DNA of 15,451 bases. Origin: Candidatus Limnocylindrus sp. (lineage in GTDB: Bacteria > Chloroflexota > Limnocylindria > Limnocylindrales > Limnocylindraceae). Each line of letters starts with the position of its first letter. Positions within the stretch are counted from its first letter, which is position 1. Below are positions 1 through 8,974 of the stretch, piece after piece. Location of the stretch: positions 56,670 through 72,120 of the forward strand of contig JBBAWM010000005.1 of assembly GCA_040397175.1 (NCBI GenBank), written 5' to 3'. Made by a program: the position numbers and the translations under genes. Under the pieces are notes generated by a model. That model was not told where the DNA came from and did not search any database. It saw only the letters and a program-made list of their open reading frames with translations.

Positions 1-97
1 CCGGTGTCGGAGTGGGTGTTGGTGTTGGTGTTGAGGTTGGCGCCGGTGTCGGAGTGGGTGTTGGTGTTGGTGTTGAGGTTGGCGCCGGTGTCGGAGT
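1..97. repeat. Exact 42-bp tandem repeat (about 2.3 copies visible) encoding PAPTSTPTPTPTPT
   Basis: ccggtgtcggagtgggtgttggtgttggtgttgaggttggcg at 1-42 and 43-84, partial copy at 85-97. Confidence 0.95.
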
Positions 98-715
98 CGG
101 CGTCGGGGTTGGGGTGGGAGCCACTGGGGTGAGGCTCGGTCGCGCGAGTGGCACCAGGGCGAAATCAGCAGCGTTGCCCTGCGTGTTGATGAGGCTGAGG
201 TCTGCGCTGCGCCGTCGTTCAATCATGGTGGTGGCCGACGTTGCTGGTGCTGGTGCTCCAAAGCCGCCAGCGCTCGCCGTTGCACTCCCCCATGCAACGG
301 CATCGGCAATCGTCGTGGGTGTAGCCCGCAACCGAAGGCGCACGGCACCACCCGTTGCGGCGATCCCCTCACTCCACGTTGCGAATGCGCCGGCCGAGAA
401 GCTGCCGAGGCTATTGGCGGCCAGCAGCCGGGCGCCAGAGGTGAGTGGCGCGGCACCTTCGAGACTGATCAAGCGCCGCGTGGTGGCTCCGCTCGCTGTG
501 GTGTAGACCAGCTCGTACTCGCTTACATGTGTGCCACCAGCACCCACCGCCTCAATGACCACGTACTCGTCGGAGGCTGAGCTGCCGCCCGTCGCAACCA
601 CGCTGATCAGGAGCGCGTCTGCCTCTGCCCCACGGGTGGGTGGCGGGGGCAGCAGGGAGAGTGTCAGCAGCGTGATCCAGAGAGCTCCGGCGCGGAGGGT
701 GCTTCGACTCTTCAT
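1..715 (-). CDS. Secreted lamin-tail-domain (LTD)-like protein with Pro/Thr linker, 5' part only (runs off the window)
   Basis: Manual translation from ATG 715 (GGAG 6 nt upstream; in-frame ATG at 727 is an alternative start): MKSRSTLRAGALWITLLTLSLLPPPPTRGAEADALLISVVATGGSSASDEYVVIE...YELVYTTASG...GIAATGGAVRL...ADAVAWG...IERRR...NTQGNAADF then PTPTPT repeats. Signal peptide plus LTD-like motifs; no stop codon before position 1. Not in the ORF track. Confidence 0.75.
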   Translation of the reverse strand, partial: MKSRSTLRAGALWITLLTLSLLPPPPTRGAEADALLISVVATGGSSASDEYVVIEAVGAGGTHVSEYELVYTTASGATTRRLISLEGAAPLTSGARLLAANSLGSFSAGAFATWSEGIAATGGAVRLRLRATPTTIADAVAWGSATASAGGFGAPAPATSATTMIERRRSADLSLINTQGNAADFALVPLARPSLTPVAPTPTPTPTPTPAPTSTPTPTPTPTPAPTSTPTPTPTPTP

Positions 716-797
716 GAGGTTCTCCATCGCGGGTTGAGCCAGGGCGGGAGGCGCAGCCTCGCACGCGCTGCGTACCGCGCACGTCTAGGATGGACCG

Positions 798-1511
798 ATG
801 ACGAATCCAGACCACGCCAAGGATCGAGCAGAGGCACGGCGCCGCATTCGACTGGCCGCCAAAGAGCGTGCCGCAGCTGAGGCGCTGGGCATCGCCCCGG
901 CGACCCCAGCGGAGGCGGCGGCAACTACGCCCGTGTCACCAACCGCAACGGGGGGGCTCGGCCTGCGCGCCGCACTCCGCTCGTCAGCGGGGCGTGCGCC
1001 CATTCGTGAGGATCTTGCCTACCTCCCAACCCTGGTACGGACGCGCGCGTTCTTGGTGCCGCTTGTCGTGGTTACCGTCACGACGGTGGTCGCGGTTCAG
1101 CCGGGAGCGCTTGCCTCGAACGTCGCGCAGCTCGCGGTTCAGTCGATTCTGCTGCCCCCATCGTTTGTCATCGCCTTCCTCGGCGGCATGCTCACCCGCC
1201 GTGGCGCGTGGCTCATCGGCGGAATCTTTGGCGTCATCACTTATGGGGCATCAGCAATTGTTGGCGCTCACGGTGACATGTCCGCGTTTGCGGACGGCAA
1301 CCCGGTGAAGGCGCTGTTCGACGGGATCACGGCCAACGTCGCCAATCCGGTGAACATGTTCTGGGATCTCAGTGGAGTTGCATCGGCAGGCATCTTGGCC
1401 GGAGCCTTTGCCGGTTGGTATTCCCGATTCTTGCGTGCGATGAGTCCGAATCAACCGACCGAGCGCGAACGTCGCCGCATGGACGCGGAGCGACGCAAGG
1501 GGAAGCGCTAA
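798..1511 (+). CDS. Hypothetical integral membrane protein (about 4 TM, Arg-rich termini)
   Basis: 237-aa ORF with several hydrophobic segments; TAGGAT (786-791) lies 6 nt before the ATG. Confidence 0.8.
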   Translation: MTNPDHAKDRAEARRRIRLAAKERAAAEALGIAPATPAEAAATTPVSPTATGGLGLRAALRSSAGRAPIREDLAYLPTLVRTRAFLVPLVVVTVTTVVAVQPGALASNVAQLAVQSILLPPSFVIAFLGGMLTRRGAWLIGGIFGVITYGASAIVGAHGDMSAFADGNPVKALFDGITANVANPVNMFWDLSGVASAGILAGAFAGWYSRFLRAMSPNQPTERERRRMDAERRKGKR

Positions 1512-1621
1512 GCCTTCGCCCCCAAGACCTGCGCGATAATGAGCGCAAAGGTCAGCGCAAAGAGTCCAACGAGCAACAGGATCGGGAGCACGATTTCGCG
1601 ACGCTTCAACCTTGGTGCCAT
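1508..1621 (-). CDS. Small 37-aa single-TM protein MAPRLKRREIVLPILLLVGLFALTFALIIAQVLGAKA
   Basis: Manual translation; strong SD AAGGAGGAG just upstream of ATG 1621; basic N-terminus plus about 24 hydrophobic residues; fills the gap between neighbours; TAG stop overlaps the convergent TAA. Confidence 0.8.
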   Translation of the reverse strand: MAPRLKRREIVLPILLLVGLFALTFALIIAQVLGAKA

Positions 1622-1639
1622 GACTCCTCCTTCAACACG

Positions 1640-2104
1640 CTACGGCTTTGGACAACCCTCACCAAGATAAACGACGAGCGAGGTGCGCGTGCCGAGAGGC
1701 TCAACCAGGATGGTGAGATCACACGCTCCCTGGTTGCGCGTTGCATCGATGCGCCGTGAGGTGGCGTCGCCAGTCGGATCTTGAACATCCCAGGCGAGTC
1801 GGCGCAGCTCGTCGACGGCTGCAGCGGTCGCCTCGCTCACGCCCAGTTGGCTCCAGATCGCCCCGCTCGCCTGCACATCGAGGCGCACGAGCGAATGACC
1901 GCTCGCCAGCAGGGGAAAATCTGCGGGGAGCGCCCCCCAAACGCGCCCATATGCGGTGGAGATGACGGTGGCCGCCCCCTGGCTTGGGCTAGGTGTCGCA
2001 TCACCCGCCCCGAGGCAGCCGGCCACAAGGAGCGGAAGGGCGAGGAGGAGCGCTGCGCCGTGCGACAGGGGAGGAGTTAGGCGAGGGCCGAGATGGGGCA
2101 ACAC
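1640..2104 (-). CDS. Putative lipoprotein (154 aa)
   Basis: Signal LLLALPLLVAG-C lipobox and two C-terminal Cys. GTG 2104 is preferred over ATG 2137 because 2137 lies inside a -10 element and TATCCT sits 6 nt before GTG 2104. Confidence 0.75.
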   Translation of the reverse strand: MLPHLGPRLTPPLSHGAALLLALPLLVAGCLGAGDATPSPSQGAATVISTAYGRVWGALPADFPLLASGHSLVRLDVQASGAIWSQLGVSEATAAAVDELRRLAWDVQDPTGDATSRRIDATRNQGACDLTILVEPLGTRTSLVVYLGEGCPKP

Positions 2105-2135
2105 CTCGTGAGGATACTGCCCTCGCCTACGGCCC

Positions 2136-2164
2136 ATAATAGAACAGGCGTTCTACTTGCGCAA
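2136..2164 (-). promoter_or_regulatory. Sigma70-type promoter TTGCGC-17 bp-TATTAT
   Basis: Minus strand reads TTGCGC aagtagaacgcctgttc TATTAT; AT-rich patch in a GC-rich context. Confidence 0.7.
2140..2155. promoter_or_regulatory. Putative LexA operator (SOS box, GAAC-N4-GTTC type)
   Basis: TAGAAC-AGGC-GTTCTA, a perfect 6-4-6 palindrome covering the promoter spacer and the edge of the -10. Confidence 0.65.
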
Positions 2165-2169
2165 GGGGG

Positions 2170-3081
2170 TTAGGAGGGGAGGGTGGCGAGCACCAGGCCG
2201 GTGGCGAGGGCACCAAGCCCCAGGACCTGTGGGAGGCGCAGGCGCTCGCGGTAGCCGAAGAGGCCACCGAGCACGACGATGATCGGACCGAGCGAGCTCA
2301 GCAGCGAGACTGCCCACGTTGGCCCCTGCTCAAGCGCCGCCGCGAAGACGAAGAAGGCGAGGGTATCGCCAAGGCCAACCAGTGTGGCGAGCACAAATCC
2401 TGTTCGATCGAGGCGCTGCCCATCTCCAAGCAGGTCGTGGCGCACCCACTTCGGCAGGCCCGCGCGGAACTTGTAGAGGAGGAAGAAGATCAACCAGACC
2501 GTCACCAGATTCCCCAGGCGCGACAAGGCAATCGCGGTGCTCCACCCGTACGCCTTGATGGGGATCGTCAAGAGCACGGTGATGATTGCAAAGAAGAGGA
2601 GGCCGACCAGTGCAAAGGCAACCCCAGGGCTTGCGAGTGAGGCGCGGCGATCACGTCCGGTACCAGTCGTTTGCAGGCCGAGCAGGCTGATGCCGATCCC
2701 GACCGCGATGACGCCGCCAACGTGGGCGGGCGTGAGATGCTCGTTGAGGAAGATCACCGCGAGGAAGGCGGCAAGTGCACCGTACGCCGAGACCGTTGGG
2801 GAGACGACGCTGAGTGGCCCGAGTCGGAAGGCGGTGAAGACCCCAACGTACGCGATGCCTGCGAGAACACCTAAGCCGAGCGTGCCACCAACGATGCTCG
2901 GGTCGTAGCTGGTCTTCAGCGCACCACGTGCGATCGCAACGGCGACAGCCAGAACGAGCGAGGTGGAGACGGCAATGACCACGACGCGGAGTGAGCCGAT
3001 GCGCCGGCCAACATAACTTGTGACGAGGTCGGTGCAGCCCCACATGGCGGCGGAGATCAGGGCAAGAAGGAGTGGGTTCAT
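2170..3081 (-). CDS. EamA/DMT family transporter
   Basis: 303 aa, about 10 TM, two repeats with DMT motifs (GPLSVVSP...FLNEHLT; LGPIIVVLGG...RERLR). Confidence 0.9.
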   Translation of the reverse strand: MNPLLLALISAAMWGCTDLVTSYVGRRIGSLRVVVIAVSTSLVLAVAVAIARGALKTSYDPSIVGGTLGLGVLAGIAYVGVFTAFRLGPLSVVSPTVSAYGALAAFLAVIFLNEHLTPAHVGGVIAVGIGISLLGLQTTGTGRDRRASLASPGVAFALVGLLFFAIITVLLTIPIKAYGWSTAIALSRLGNLVTVWLIFFLLYKFRAGLPKWVRHDLLGDGQRLDRTGFVLATLVGLGDTLAFFVFAAALEQGPTWAVSLLSSLGPIIVVLGGLFGYRERLRLPQVLGLGALATGLVLATLPS

Positions 3082-3087
3082 CCGTAG

Positions 3088-3112
3088 ATGCTAGCCGTCG
3101 CCGTGGTATTCT
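3088..3112. promoter_or_regulatory. Back-to-back -10 elements: TAGCAT (minus, EamA) and extended TGnTATTCT (plus, tRNA)
   Basis: TAGCAT at 3093-3088 is 6 nt before ATG 3081; TG-G-TATTCT at 3104-3112 is 11 nt before the tRNA. Confidence 0.6.
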
Positions 3113-3123
3113 GCCGCTCCGCT

Positions 3124-3199
3124 GGGGCTGTAGCTCAATTGGTAGAGCGCGACATTCGCATTGTCGAGGTAAGGGGTTCGAATCCCCTCAGCTCCACCA
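3124..3199 (+). tRNA. tRNA-Ala (anticodon CGC)
   Basis: Acceptor stem GGGGCTG/CAGCTCC with G3:U70, anticodon arm CGACA-TTCGCAT-TGTCG, T-loop TTCGAAT, encoded CCA, 76 nt. Confidence 0.97.
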
Positions 3200-3226
3200 G
3201 CCCCCTTTGCAGCGCAGGAGTTTGCG

Positions 3227-3628
3227 ATGGCAGCAACGTGGCCCCGACATACCGCCCCATCAGTTTCCGCCTACATCGATGCACTTCCCTTGCCAGAGGC
3301 CAAGAGCCTGCGCCGCCTTCGCGACGCCATCCTGGCCGCGGCGCCGGGCGGCACCGAGGAGATTTCGTATCGAGTCCCCGCCGTGAGGTTTCCGAATGGT
3401 GGCCGCGTGCACTTTGGGGCACGGCGCGGTGGACTCAGCCTCTATGCGGGCTGGGCCTTTCAGGCCTTCACCAAGGATCTCGCCAACTTTGCAGTGGTTG
3501 GAACCACGATCCACTTCACCGCCGACCACCAGCTGCCCATTGCGCTCATTAGGAGGATCACCCGCGCAACGATTGCGCGCCACGACGAGCGGCTCGCCGC
3601 TCGAAGCACGAAGAAGAAGGCGCGCTAG
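3227..3628 (+). CDS. DUF1801 (YdhG-like) family protein
   Basis: SVSAYIDALP...LRRLRDAILAAAP...EEISYRVPA...TIHFTADHQLP pattern; SD AGGAG upstream. Confidence 0.85.
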   Translation: MAATWPRHTAPSVSAYIDALPLPEAKSLRRLRDAILAAAPGGTEEISYRVPAVRFPNGGRVHFGARRGGLSLYAGWAFQAFTKDLANFAVVGTTIHFTADHQLPIALIRRITRATIARHDERLAARSTKKKAR

Positions 3629-4326
3629 CGAACCGCGCTTAAGGCTGGGGCGAGCCGCTGAAGTTGGCGCATGCGTGCCGCCTCGTCGGGGAGGTGCTGC
3701 TCCACCACCGCACGAAATCGTGCGCCGTGGCCGTTGGCGCGGAGGTGGGCGAGCTCATGAACGACGACCGCCTCAAAGCATGATGGCGGCGCAAGTACGA
3801 GTCGCCACGAGAGCGAGATCGTACCGTCACCCGAGGCGCTCCCCCAACGCGTTGTCTGGTCACCGATCCGTAGTCGCGTCGGCGTGACACGCATCTCCGC
3901 GGCATAGACACTAATCATCTGCTCGGCGATGGAGCGCGCGCGGCGGCGCAGCCAGCTCAAGAGTCGGCGGCGCACCACCTCAGGATCAGCGGCGATGGTG
4001 CCGGGGATCTGGATTTCGCCGTTGAGCGCCGCGATGCTGCTCCCCGTGCCAACGACAATGCGATGCGGGCGCCCGGCGTATGGGATCAACCCGCCAACGG
4101 CAAGTCGACCGTCGGTGCCCAGCGCGGTGCGACGGGCGGTCACCTCGGCGAGGGAGCGGTCGATCCACTTAAGGCGCGTGGCAATGAACGCCTCAACATC
4201 GCGCTGCGCCCGTGCCTCGCTGTAGCGCTCCGGCACCACCGCCTCAAGGCCATGCTCTGGGTCGATGCGCAACGTGAGGCGGCGTGCGCGTGGGCTACGA
4301 ATCAGGCGATACGGTCGGGGGCTCAC
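3625..4326 (-). CDS. M48/YgjP-like (DUF45) zinc metallo-hydrolase
   Basis: RSPRARRLTLRI N-terminus, DQTTRWGS, VVVHELAHL (HExxH) and NGHGARF. Confidence 0.9.
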   Translation of the reverse strand: MSPRPYRLIRSPRARRLTLRIDPEHGLEAVVPERYSEARAQRDVEAFIATRLKWIDRSLAEVTARRTALGTDGRLAVGGLIPYAGRPHRIVVGTGSSIAALNGEIQIPGTIAADPEVVRRRLLSWLRRRARSIAEQMISVYAAEMRVTPTRLRIGDQTTRWGSASGDGTISLSWRLVLAPPSCFEAVVVHELAHLRANGHGARFRAVVEQHLPDEAARMRQLQRLAPALSAVR

Positions 4327-4380
4327 GATGCAGAGTTTCGCATGGGAGCGACATCTCGCCGCACGTGGGATGCTCTACCC

Positions 4381-5607
4381 ATGACGATTACCACCCCAAC
4401 CCTCACGCGACGGAGCCGCGCGGCAATCTACGCCGCGATCTTCCTCGCCTTCATCGACAACTTCGCCCTGCTTCCGGTGATTGGGCCGCGTGCCCAGGGG
4501 CTGGGCGGCACCCCACTCTTGGTCGGCATCGCCATCGCTGCCTACTCACTTGCGAACCTCGCCTTCGACCCGATCGGTGGCATCCTTGCCGACCGCATCG
4601 GCCGGCGCCGGGTTGTCGTTGCCGCACTCGTGATCAGCCCGGTCGCCATCGCGATCTATGCACTCGCCGACTCACTGCCGCTCTTCCTGCTGGCGCGCGT
4701 GATTCACGGCGCCTCGGGCGGTGTACTCGCCGCGGCGCTCTTCGCCCTCCTCGGTGACGCCGCCCCCGTTGGGGAGCGCGGACGAACCCTCGGCCGAGCT
4801 GGCGCGCTGATTGGCGTCGCCGCCGTCTTCGGTCCCGCAACGGCAGCGCTGGTCTCCAATTTCTTTGGAGTCAATGCAGTGTTCATTGGCGTCGCCGCAT
4901 TTATTGCGATTGGCCTTGCCGTCGTTTTGCCGTTCCTTCCAGAGACACTGGTGATTACACCAGCAACGCGCCCAACCGTTGGCGCGTGGAGGCGCATCCT
5001 GAGTGAGCCGCGGGTACGCGTTGCCCTGCTCGCAATCTTTGGGCTCGAAGCGGCCGTTGGTACGGTGACCGGCTTCATCAAAGACGGTCTCATTCAGCGC
5101 GCGCTCGATGAGGGGCGCTCGGCAGAGGGAGCGCTCAAATATGCAGCGGGGGCGAGTGGTGGCCTCTTCACCATCTTCGGTGTGATCGCCATCGCGATCA
5201 TGCTCAGTCGTATCTCAACGCGCGTCGACAAGCGCGGACCGTTCGGTATCTCACTCGTAGGGCTTGGCGCACTGGTTGGTGCGCTGACTCTGCTTGCGAT
5301 TAGCCCAACGTACACCGTCGACCTGGTGGCGATGGTGCTCTACGGCGTCGGCTACGGGCTGATCTTCCCCGCGGCGGCGGGCGCCATCGCCATCGCCAGT
5401 GCCCCCGAAGAGCGCGGCCGCGCCAACGGCGCATTCAACGTTTCGTTCGACATTGGGATCTCGGCGGGGCCGATCCTGGGTGGTCTCGTTGCCACCCTCG
5501 CCATCGGGGTGACCCCGTTCGCTGGCGGGCTCGCCCTTGTCGTCCTCTCGCTCGCCCTTCTCCCCCTCGCCGCACGAGGCGCCACGCGGGGTACCGCGCG
5601 AGGCTGA
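4381..5607 (+). CDS. MFS transporter (drug:H+ antiporter-like)
   Basis: Motif A GILADRIGRRRV, LARVIHG, ERGRANG; about 12 TM. Start at ATG 4381 avoids overlap with the divergent gene. Confidence 0.9.
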   Translation: MTITTPTLTRRSRAAIYAAIFLAFIDNFALLPVIGPRAQGLGGTPLLVGIAIAAYSLANLAFDPIGGILADRIGRRRVVVAALVISPVAIAIYALADSLPLFLLARVIHGASGGVLAAALFALLGDAAPVGERGRTLGRAGALIGVAAVFGPATAALVSNFFGVNAVFIGVAAFIAIGLAVVLPFLPETLVITPATRPTVGAWRRILSEPRVRVALLAIFGLEAAVGTVTGFIKDGLIQRALDEGRSAEGALKYAAGASGGLFTIFGVIAIAIMLSRISTRVDKRGPFGISLVGLGALVGALTLLAISPTYTVDLVAMVLYGVGYGLIFPAAAGAIAIASAPEERGRANGAFNVSFDIGISAGPILGGLVATLAIGVTPFAGGLALVVLSLALLPLAARGATRGTARG

Positions 5608-5610
5608 GGC

Positions 5611-5635
5611 GGGAGCGGCTGATACACTCGCTCCC
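5611..5635 (+). promoter_or_regulatory. Hairpin after the MFS stop enclosing the extended -10 (TGnTACACT) of the tRNA-Ala/leuS promoter
   Basis: GGGAGCG (5611-5617) pairs with CGCTCCC (5629-5635); TG-A-TACACT at 5620-5628. Confidence 0.55.
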
Positions 5636-5638
5636 CTT

Positions 5639-5714
<76 letters not shown>

Positions 5715-5756
5715 AGCAGCCAAACGGCGTGCTTCGGAAGGAGAGGAGCCCCACCC

Positions 5757-8315
5757 GTGGCCGAGCAAGACGAGCGACTCGAGCGGTACGACCCGACCGA
5801 GATTGAGCCGCGCTGGCAGCGCCGCTGGGAAGAGCTTGGACTCCACACCACCGACCTCACCGACACTTCGAAGCCCAACTACTACCTGCTCACGATGTGG
5901 CCCTACCCGTCAGGCGACCTGCACATTGGCCACTGGTACGTAAAGACTCCGACCGACGCCATCGCGCGCTACAAGCGCATGCAGGGATTCAATGTCTTCT
6001 ATCCGGTCGGCTTCGATGCCTTCGGTCTCCCCGCTGAGAACGCCGCGATCAAACGCAAGATCCATCCGCGCGAGTGGACGGTCGCCAACATGGAGAACAT
6101 GCGCCGCCAGCTACGCAGCATGGGCGCCTCATTCGACTGGAAGAGTGAAGTTGTCACCTGTGATCCGGTCTACTTCCGCTGGAACCAGTGGATCTTCTTG
6201 AAGTTCTACGAGAAGGGTGTCGCCTATCGCAAGCAGGCGCCAGTTGACTGGTGCCCGTCGTGCCAGGTCACCCTCGCGCGCGAACAGGTTGAGGGTGTTG
6301 ATCGAGTCTGCTGGCGCTGCTCTACTCCGGTCACCAAGCGCGACCTGACCCAGTGGTTCTTCAAGATCACCGACTACGCCGACGAACTGCTCTCGTTTGA
6401 GGGGCTCAACTGGCCAGAGCCGATTCGCACGATGCAGACCAATTGGATTGGTCGCTCCGAAGGTGCCGAGGTCGACTTCACCGTAGCGCCAGCGGCACAT
6501 CACGCTGGCGGCGAGAAGTTGCGCGTCTTCACCACACGCCCCGACACACTCTACGGTGCCACCTTCATGGTGCTCGCACCAGAGCATGAGCTCGTCGACA
6601 CCATCACCACGCCGGAGCAGCGCGCCGCCGTCACCGCCTACATCGAGGCAACAAAGCGCAAGACCGAAATCGACCGCCTCACCACCACGAAAGAGAAGAG
6701 CGGCGTCGCTACCGGCGCGTTTGCCATTAACCCAGTGAACGGCGAGCAGATTCCGGTCTGGATCGCCGACTACGTGCTCGCCGGCTACGGCACGGGCGCG
6801 ATCATGGCGGTGCCAGCGCACGACGAGCGCGACTACGAGTTCGCCCAGCAGTTCGGCCTGCCGATCAAGCCGGTCGTAGCGCCAGCGGCACTCGCCGCTA
6901 CACCGAACGACGTACCGCTCCCGTATGTGGAGAAAGCCGAGGGTGCCGCCGTCGCGGTGAACAGCCCCGCTTGGAACGGCGCCGCCTGGCCAGCGTCGCT
7001 CAACAAGGCGATCGCCCATCTCGAGAGCAGCAAGAGTGGCGAGAAGAAGGTCACCTACCGCCTGCGCGACTGGCTGATCAGCCGCCAGCGCTATTGGGGC
7101 ACACCGATCCCGATCATTCACTGCGCCACGTGCGGCCCCGTTGGTGTGCCGGTGGAGCAGCTCCCGGTCACGCTGCCTGATGATGTTGACTTCAAGGCGA
7201 CCGGCGAGTCACCGCTGAAGACCGCCACTGCGTGGCTCAATGTACCCTGCCCGAAGTGCGGTGGACCAGGTCAGCGCGAGACCGACACCATGGACACCTT
7301 CGTCGATTCATCGTGGTACTGGTATCGCTACCTCGCGCCAACAAACGAACTCGGCCCGGTCGATCGCAAACTCGTTGATGCTTGGTGCCCAGTAGATCAG
7401 TACACCGGCGGTGCCGAGCACGCCGTGATGCACCTGCTCTACTCGCGCTTCTTCACCAAGGCGATGCGTGACCTTGGGCTGATCGGCGAGTCGGAGCCGT
7501 TCACGCGCCTCTTCAATCAGGGCCAGATCCTTGGTGCCGACGGCGAGCGCATGTCGAAGTCGCGCGGCAACGTGCAAGACCCCGACGAACTGGTGAGCCG
7601 ACACGGCGCCGACGCGGTGCGCCTCTTCTTGATGTTCATGGGCCCGTGGGATCAGGGCGGCGCATGGTCGTCGAGCGGCATCAGCGGCATGGTGCGCTTC
7701 CTTGGCCGCATCTGGACGCTTGCACTCGACCCACATGGCAAGGAGCCGGGTGATCCGAACTCTGGCGTACTTCCCGCGGGCCAGGATCAGGCCGCGGGCG
7801 AGGTGGCCGTACGCCGCGCGGCGCACAAGGCGCTCGGCGGCGTCGGCACCGACATCGAAGCCTTCCGCTTCAACACCGCCGTCGCCAAGCTCATGGAGCT
7901 CGCCAACGCGCTCTTCCCATATCGCGGCAGCCCGGTTGCGGGCACCGCGGCATGGAACGAAGCGATCCACTACCTACTCGCCGGCATCGCCCCAATGGCG
8001 CCACACCTTGCCGACGAGATGCACAGCCGCGTGCAGGCGGCCGCCGGCATCAGCGCCAGCGACCCCAGCTGGACCTCAATTCATCAGTGCCCATGGCCAA
8101 CCGTCGACAGCAGCCTGCTCACCGAGAGCACGCGCGAACTGCCGGTGCAGGTCAACGGCAAGCTGCGCGACAGGCTCACCGTGAGCGCCACCGCAACCGA
8201 GGCCGAGATCGAAGCGCTCGCCCTCGCCTCACCAAAGGTGCAGCTCGCCCTCGAGGGGCGCGCACCAAAGAAGGTGATCCACGCGGGCGGGCGCCTCGTC
8301 AATATCGTCGGTTAG
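5757..8315 (+). CDS. leuS: Leucine--tRNA ligase
   Basis: [25 protein letters not shown], editing domain TTRPDT...[32 protein letters not shown] 5757 follows the SD AGGAG. Confidence 0.98.
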   Translation: MAEQDERLERYDPTEIEPRWQRRWEELGLHTTDLTDTSKPNYYLLTMWPYPSGDLHIGHWYVKTPTDAIARYKRMQGFNVFYPVGFDAFGLPAENAAIKRKIHPREWTVANMENMRRQLRSMGASFDWKSEVVTCDPVYFRWNQWIFLKFYEKGVAYRKQAPVDWCPSCQVTLAREQVEGVDRVCWRCSTPVTKRDLTQWFFKITDYADELLSFEGLNWPEPIRTMQTNWIGRSEGAEVDFTVAPAAHHAGGEKLRVFTTRPDTLYGATFMVLAPEHELVDTITTPEQRAAVTAYIEATKRKTEIDRLTTTKEKSGVATGAFAINPVNGEQIPVWIADYVLAGYGTGAIMAVPAHDERDYEFAQQFGLPIKPVVAPAALAATPNDVPLPYVEKAEGAAVAVNSPAWNGAAWPASLNKAIAHLESSKSGEKKVTYRLRDWLISRQRYWGTPIPIIHCATCGPVGVPVEQLPVTLPDDVDFKATGESPLKTATAWLNVPCPKCGGPGQRETDTMDTFVDSSWYWYRYLAPTNELGPVDRKLVDAWCPVDQYTGGAEHAVMHLLYSRFFTKAMRDLGLIGESEPFTRLFNQGQILGADGERMSKSRGNVQDPDELVSRHGADAVRLFLMFMGPWDQGGAWSSSGISGMVRFLGRIWTLALDPHGKEPGDPNSGVLPAGQDQAAGEVAVRRAAHKALGGVGTDIEAFRFNTAVAKLMELANALFPYRGSPVAGTAAWNEAIHYLLAGIAPMAPHLADEMHSRVQAAAGISASDPSWTSIHQCPWPTVDSSLLTESTRELPVQVNGKLRDRLTVSATATEAEIEALALASPKVQLALEGRAPKKVIHAGGRLVNIVG

Positions 8316-8347
8316 CGAACGGCGCAGCCGCGCCGCGCAGGCAGCGA

Positions 8348-8974
8348 CTACTTCGCGAGAAGCGCCAGCATCGCCGCAACATCAACCGTTGCGGTCATCA
8401 CCGTTCCGTCGGCCCCAGGCGTCAAGACGATGTCGCTCATTGGGAGCCCCGCAGTCGCATCAGAACCTTCGATCTTTCCATCCTTGATCGCCGCAGCAAG
8501 CGCTTGGGCAAGCTCATTGGAGATCGTTCCAGTCAGAGCCGCCGTCTTCTCGGTGCCGACAACGGAAAGGTTGCTGAATGACGAGAAGGTATCCGCCGTC
8601 ATCGTGAAGTGCGTCCCTTCAGGGAGAACGATCGTGCCCGAATCGGCGCCGGCCATCAGCCCGTTGATGTCGTCAACGCCGAAGCCACCGAATTCAAAGA
8701 CAAGATTACTCGCCATCAAGTCGCCGCCACCGATAGATGCCGGGAGCGTTGGTAGGGTGAGCTTCGCGCCATCGGCGCGGATCTCTACGATCGCGCCTTC
8801 AAGTCCAGCGGCCTGAAGCTGCTCGGTTGCGAGCTTGTTGATGGCAGGGGTCACGACAAGGACCCATGCGCCAACGAGGAGGCCGGCAATCACGCCAAGG
8901 GCGATGAGAAACTTGCGCTTCTTGCTCATCTTCTTCTTTGGCTGTGTCTCGCCGTCAACGGTTCCCTTTGCCAT
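8348..8974 (-). CDS. Hypothetical membrane-anchored extracellular protein (208 aa)
   Basis: ATG 8974 with SD GGAGG; KKKMSKKRK followed by a single TM, then an acidic, Gly-rich, probably beta-rich domain. Confidence 0.8.
   Translation of the reverse strand: MAKGTVDGETQPKKKMSKKRKFLIALGVIAGLLVGAWVLVVTPAINKLATEQLQAAGLEGAIVEIRADGAKLTLPTLPASIGGGDLMASNLVFEFGGFGVDDINGLMAGADSGTIVLPEGTHFTMTADTFSSFSNLSVVGTEKTAALTGTISNELAQALAAAIKDGKIEGSDATAGLPMSDIVLTPGADGTVMTATVDVAAMLALLAK

Noticed and set aside
1-97. CRISPR array
   Set aside because: Units are contiguous, have no spacers and encode an in-frame Pro/Thr linker.
12-506. Plus-strand GVGVGV ORF
   Set aside because: Antisense shadow of the LTD-like gene; most other short overlapping ORFs are similar high-GC shadows.
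4063-4380. N-terminal extension of the MFS ORF (likewise leuS from 5670, comEA from 11085, and starts 9049 and 10126)
   Set aside because: The extensions overlap a divergent gene, a tRNA, a terminator or promoter DNA; downstream starts have SD or leaderless signals.
5715-5756. T-box riboswitch before leuS
   Set aside because: Only 42 nt are available and no T-box motif is present.
7548-7562. LeuS RMSKS instead of KMSKS as a sign of inactivation
   Set aside because: Conservative change at the first position; the catalytic second Lys and all other motifs are intact.
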